Positions 7,863 to 11,197 of a stretch of DNA of 11,197 nucleotides are shown piece after piece. Position 1 is the first letter of the stretch. Each line of letters opens with the position of its first letter. The notes beneath the pieces were generated by a model, which was given only the letters and a program-made list of their open reading frames with translations, made no database searches and was not told where the DNA came from. The DNA is taken from contig JAEOUE010000042.1 in the NCBI GenBank assembly GCA_016839515.1, positions 1-11,197 on the forward strand. The letters are read 5' to 3'. The DNA is from Candidatus Hodarchaeum mangrovi. Lineage in GTDB: Archaea > Asgardarchaeota > Heimdallarchaeia > Hodarchaeales > Hodarchaeaceae. A program made the position numbers and the translations under genes.

Positions 7863-8795
7863 TTATAATGTTGTTGATGATTGTATTTGTTCCCATGCTA
7901 ACGAACATCTGATAATATATTCTGCAAGATCTTTTACATAGCCTTTAATTGTCTTTCTCATGTTTAAATCTACTAAACGAAAAGGTATATTTAGTAAATC
8001 CTCTTCAGAAGTGCCTAATATTGAATTTGATAATTCATTTAATTTTATAGAGATTTGGGTGGACATAATTGAAACATATTTTGCCCAATCATAACTTATG
8101 ATAATGCCTAATGATAAACGATGGGTTTGTCCTTTATCCAGCCATTTTTTTGGGCTGTAAAGGAAAATTGAAAACGATTGGTTTGTAAGATCGATATTTA
8201 ATGCAGAGGATCCTAAATCTTTGCCAAAATCTTTTTCATCACGTTCATTATCATCAATATACTTCTCAACAAATAAAGAAAACATGTCTAATATTTGTTT
8301 TTTATCTACTTCATTCATTTCATAAGTTACTTCCCAAAGAGAAGACGTTGAACCCTGAAATGCTGAAAAAAAATCAATAATTACTGAAATCTTTGCCTTC
8401 TTTAGGTTGGAATAGACTTCTTCATAAGGGATAGTCTTACCTAGTTCTAATAAACTTTGAAAAGCGGATTCATCTGCTTCAAAGATTGATGAAAAATCAG
8501 AACCTAGAGTCTGAGATACATCTTCTTTTCCGCCAAAAGCCATTGTGGCAATATCCTCAAGATCCATTTCTTGAAGCTGCTGCTTTTGTTCTTCTCTTTC
8601 TTGAATTTCTGAAAATAAAGATGAAACCATTGAGGAATCATAAAATAATTGATAAATCCTTAAAAGAAGTCCATTTAAGCTAGTTTCATCTATCTCTTCT
8701 ATATATTCTCTGAGTATTGAACGCATTACAACATGTTTTGCCATACGTGTATTTCGAACTTTATCTTCTATCTCCTCTGTCACAAATTTAGACAT
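7863..8795 (-). CDS. Hypothetical protein; C-terminal half is a possible longin/uDENN-like domain
   Basis: 310-aa ORF 41 bp upstream of the 1143-aa gene. aa~135-262 reads strand-FFSAFQGS, helix, strands, FSIFLY..loop..KG...RLSLGIII, long helix. The CDS is secure; the fold is inferred. Confidence 0.75.
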   Translation of the reverse strand: MSKFVTEEIEDKVRNTRMAKHVVMRSILREYIEEIDETSLNGLLLRIYQLFYDSSMVSSLFSEIQEREEQKQQLQEMDLEDIATMAFGGKEDVSQTLGSDFSSIFEADESAFQSLLELGKTIPYEEVYSNLKKAKISVIIDFFSAFQGSTSSLWEVTYEMNEVDKKQILDMFSLFVEKYIDDNERDEKDFGKDLGSSALNIDLTNQSFSIFLYSPKKWLDKGQTHRLSLGIIISYDWAKYVSIMSTQISIKLNELSNSILGTSEEDLLNIPFRLVDLNMRKTIKGYVKDLAEYIIRCSLAWEQIQSSTTL

Positions 8796-9016
8796 GGTAA
8801 TTCATCTAGCCCAAATCAAGAAGTTTTGAAAGGTCCATGGGAATATCTGAAGAGTACTTTTCTTAATTGATATCTTCGGTGATTTAATAGTCATACTATA
8901 TTTAAAAATATTGCAATTGAAATTCAAGACCTTATTTACTCCTCGATTTGATGTTTTTTATCAAAACTCACTATTAATGTCGGAAGTAAAAAATTTCTAG
9001 AAATCTATGCGATTTT

Positions 9017-9056
9017 AAAAAAATAGAAATTGTAAAAAATTATTCAAAAAATAAAA
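9017..9056 (-). terminator. Oligo-T tracts downstream of the phosphoesterase gene (possible archaeal terminator)
   Basis: Plus-strand A runs at 9017-9023, 9034-9039 and 9046-9051 give U tracts 30-65 nt after the stop at 9082. Confidence 0.3.
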
Positions 9057-9081
9057 GGTTAGAATAACGTTTTTTAAGGTT

Positions 9082-9837
9082 CTATCTTCCTAAAAAGAGT
9101 CGTTCCCCTAACAGTTTAGGTAATCCATACTCATTTAAACGATTAACAACTGAATCAATTAGATAATCTACTCTTATAATTTTAGCATCCATTTTATTTA
9201 AATCAATGACCATGTATGAAGCTTTAGGATTTTCATCTCTTGGTTGGCCAATAGATCCTGGGTTTACCATTATAAGTTTTTTATCAGAAAATATTTTTTC
9301 TTGAATAAAGGGAATATGTGTATGACCAAGAACAAGTATATCAATCCCTAAATTAACCATATAATCAAAAAGATTTTCCTGCTTTTTAGAATTGGCATGA
9401 ATATATTCTGTTAAAGGATATTGAGGGGATCCATGAACTAAACATATCTCTTGGGAAAAATCCAAATGTCGTGTGGTAATCAGTTGAGGTAATTGAGCAA
9501 TTTCCCAGCGTAACTCCAATGGGATTTGTGTTATCTGCCAATTGATTGATGAAACTGCTAAAGGATTAGTAGGAGGTGGTGTAATCCCTTGTCCGATATA
9601 ATGATCATGATTTCCTTTCACCAGTTTTGTAATAATTTTATTTTTTAAAATCAGTTCAGCGCATTCTTTAGGATCAGGGCCATATCCACAAAGATCTCCA
9701 ATAAAATATATTTCTTTAATTTCAGGATAATTTATTGTCATATCATTGAGAACAGCTTCAAGGGCAGTGAGGTTACTATGAACATCAGAGATCAACGCTA
9801 GTGTATACAAGATTGATACCTCATTATATTTATCCAT
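9082..9837 (-). CDS. Calcineurin-like metallophosphoesterase (MJ0912/YfcE-like)
   Basis: Complete motif set: SDVHSN, GDLCGYGP, GNHD, HGSP, GHTH, NPGSIGQPRD. The likelier start is TTG at 9810, preceded by GAGGT (9822..9818) with a 7-nt spacer, the same geometry as at the tubulin-like gene. Confidence 0.95.
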   Translation of the reverse strand: MDKYNEVSILYTLALISDVHSNLTALEAVLNDMTINYPEIKEIYFIGDLCGYGPDPKECAELILKNKIITKLVKGNHDHYIGQGITPPPTNPLAVSSINWQITQIPLELRWEIAQLPQLITTRHLDFSQEICLVHGSPQYPLTEYIHANSKKQENLFDYMVNLGIDILVLGHTHIPFIQEKIFSDKKLIMVNPGSIGQPRDENPKASYMVIDLNKMDAKIIRVDYLIDSVVNRLNEYGLPKLLGERLFLGR

Positions 9838-9843
9838 AATAAT

Positions 9844-9918
9844 GCATAAATGATTTATTTTTAATGTTATTTTATTTATGCTATTTAATAATAATTAAAT
9901 ATTGACTATTATTATTAA
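9844..9918. repeat. Two adjacent inverted repeats in the 81-bp intergenic region
   Basis: GCATAAAT (9844-9851) / ATTTATGC (9874-9881) and TTAATAATAAT (9885-9895) / ATTATTATTAA (9908-9918). The second begins immediately after the upstream stop codon. Low complexity. Confidence 0.4.
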
Positions 9919-11197
9919 TCATTTATCTGAGTTCATTTCGCTTTCTATAATCTTTGCAATATTTATCCCTTTAATTTCTGAACTCGAGGTCACATTATCT
10001 TTATGCATTTGAAATAATGCTTCGTGAATTATTCGAGCAGTAAGATATATAGCACGTTGTCCACCAGTAATAAAGCCCAATGCCTCTAAATTCATTTGAA
10101 AGGATAAAAGATACATTAACTCCTTGTTTGATATAGTACTGGAAATTTTAATTCGATTTACAATCCTATTATTACAATAGAGTGTTAAAAAAATTAGATT
10201 TTCGACCAGAGTAGCTCTAAATCCTAGTCCTTTAGTACTGGGGAGATCTAGAATTCCTTCAACGACTTTAGCTTGAGGGAGAGACTCATCTTGAATGGGT
10301 GTTATAACATCCTCTATTGGCCTTTTAGATTTATCTTTTACTTTCGTTAAATATTTCGAAATGATAGCATCAATACTCATTTTATGTTTCTTTGTAGCAA
10401 AAATAAGACAACTAAAAAGATCATCTTGAGAGATTGATCCCTGTAAGTATGAAGAAAAAAGGTCCAATAGCCTTTCCAAGGATAAAAATTGAATATCCAG
10501 CCCTTTAGATTTGAGAAAGGGAATATATTTAATAATAACATCGCTTACAAGAGGGATGGGAACACCTGCTGTTGCTACCATCTTGAATAGGCTATGGTAT
10601 CCTGAATTTACAATTTCTATTGCTAACTCTGTATCTATGCCAAAATAATCAATCAACGAACTGATTTCTCGATTAATTCTTACCTGTTCAGGAGAGGGTT
10701 TTCCAGATTCGACTAATGAAGTGGGAGGTGGAGCCTCAGAAGAATTGATATGAATTAATTCGGTTTCTTCAACTATTTCTTCAGTAATTACCTCTCTTAA
10801 TGTAGATTGAGAAGTTAATGGCTTCATGGAAGCATCAACAATCGATCCCCTCATTAAGTTTTGTATTCTTTCCAAATAAGCTGGATCCTCTTCATCTAAG
10901 TTTATTACTTTTTTTTCCTCCGGTTTCTTTATCATTTCTGCAGAGAGGATTCTAGGAGTAGAAGTAACCTTATCGCAGTATTCTTCGATTTCACCAATAT
11001 GTTGTCCATTAACTAGTTCACTTTGACTTAAATCTGGCATTGATAGTTCGATAATTCTTCCAAAACTGTTTGATACCGATTCAGGATTAAAAATTGTTGT
11101 CCTAAAGAATTTTATTTCTTTTTTGCATTCTACCTGAAATTCTTCTTTTAATATGTTGTGAATTGTCTCATAATTAGGCCAATGTTCCACTAAATCA
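9919..11197 (-). CDS. Paralogue of the <1..1841 multidomain Rag-like GTPase; 5' end lies beyond the window
   Basis: The frame is open to the edge (GAT TTA GTG GAA CAT = DLVEH). DLVEHWPNYETIHNILKEEFQVE..FFRTTIFNPESV aligns with (HKN)DLIRNRPNYESIHEQLKEQFQLE..FFRTTIFRPESV, so the window cuts the gene inside G4 and the track's GTG 11190 is an internal Val. Confidence 0.9.
   Translation of the reverse strand, partial: DLVEHWPNYETIHNILKEEFQVECKKEIKFFRTTIFNPESVSNSFGRIIELSMPDLSQSELVNGQHIGEIEEYCDKVTSTPRILSAEMIKKPEEKKVINLDEEDPAYLERIQNLMRGSIVDASMKPLTSQSTLREVITEEIVEETELIHINSSEAPPPTSLVESGKPSPEQVRINREISSLIDYFGIDTELAIEIVNSGYHSLFKMVATAGVPIPLVSDVIIKYIPFLKSKGLDIQFLSLERLLDLFSSYLQGSISQDDLFSCLIFATKKHKMSIDAIISKYLTKVKDKSKRPIEDVITPIQDESLPQAKVVEGILDLPSTKGLGFRATLVENLIFLTLYCNNRIVNRIKISSTISNKELMYLLSFQMNLEALGFITGGQRAIYLTARIIHEALFQMHKDNVTSSSEIKGINIAKIIESEMNSDK

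Noticed and set aside
8486-8683. 65-aa plus-strand ORF
   Set aside because: Antisense within the 310-aa CDS with no independent support.
8993-9004. 12-bp perfect palindrome ATTTCTAGAAAT in the intergenic region
   Set aside because: Single AT-rich occurrence with no second copy noticed; compatible with chance.
9082-9837. Vps29 (retromer) assignment
   Set aside because: Shares the fold, but GDLCGYGP, HGSP and GSIGQPRD are typical of the widespread prokaryotic phosphoesterase family.
11188-11190. GTG start given by the ORF track
   Set aside because: The frame stays open to the window edge and homology places this codon just after the G4 motif, so it is internal.

Overview
AT-rich, gene-dense, intron-free window that reads like Asgard archaeal DNA (inferred from several Rag/Gtr-like GTPases, a roadblock domain, archaeal TATA-like boxes and GAGGT RBS-like motifs). 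It has seven credible CDSs. (1) A >613-aa minus-strand multidomain Rag-like GTPase at <1..1841, missed by the ORF track because it runs off the left edge. (2) A divergent Gtr1/RagA-like GTPase with a C-terminal roadblock domain. (3-5) A probable minus-strand operon: a putative longin/uDENN-like protein, a 1143-aa helical protein with a ~123-aa repeat, and a tubulin/FtsZ-superfamily GTPase that appears to carry the tubulin-type H11-H12 C-terminus. (6) A metallophosphoesterase. (7) A 5'-truncated paralogue of gene 1. An 80-bp tandem duplication copies the promoter and start codon of gene 1. The most notable candidate system is a locus coupling Rag-type GTPases and a possible longin-type regulator to a divergent tubulin and a large repeat scaffold. 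All homology calls come from reading motifs by eye against remembered family sequences; no searches were run.
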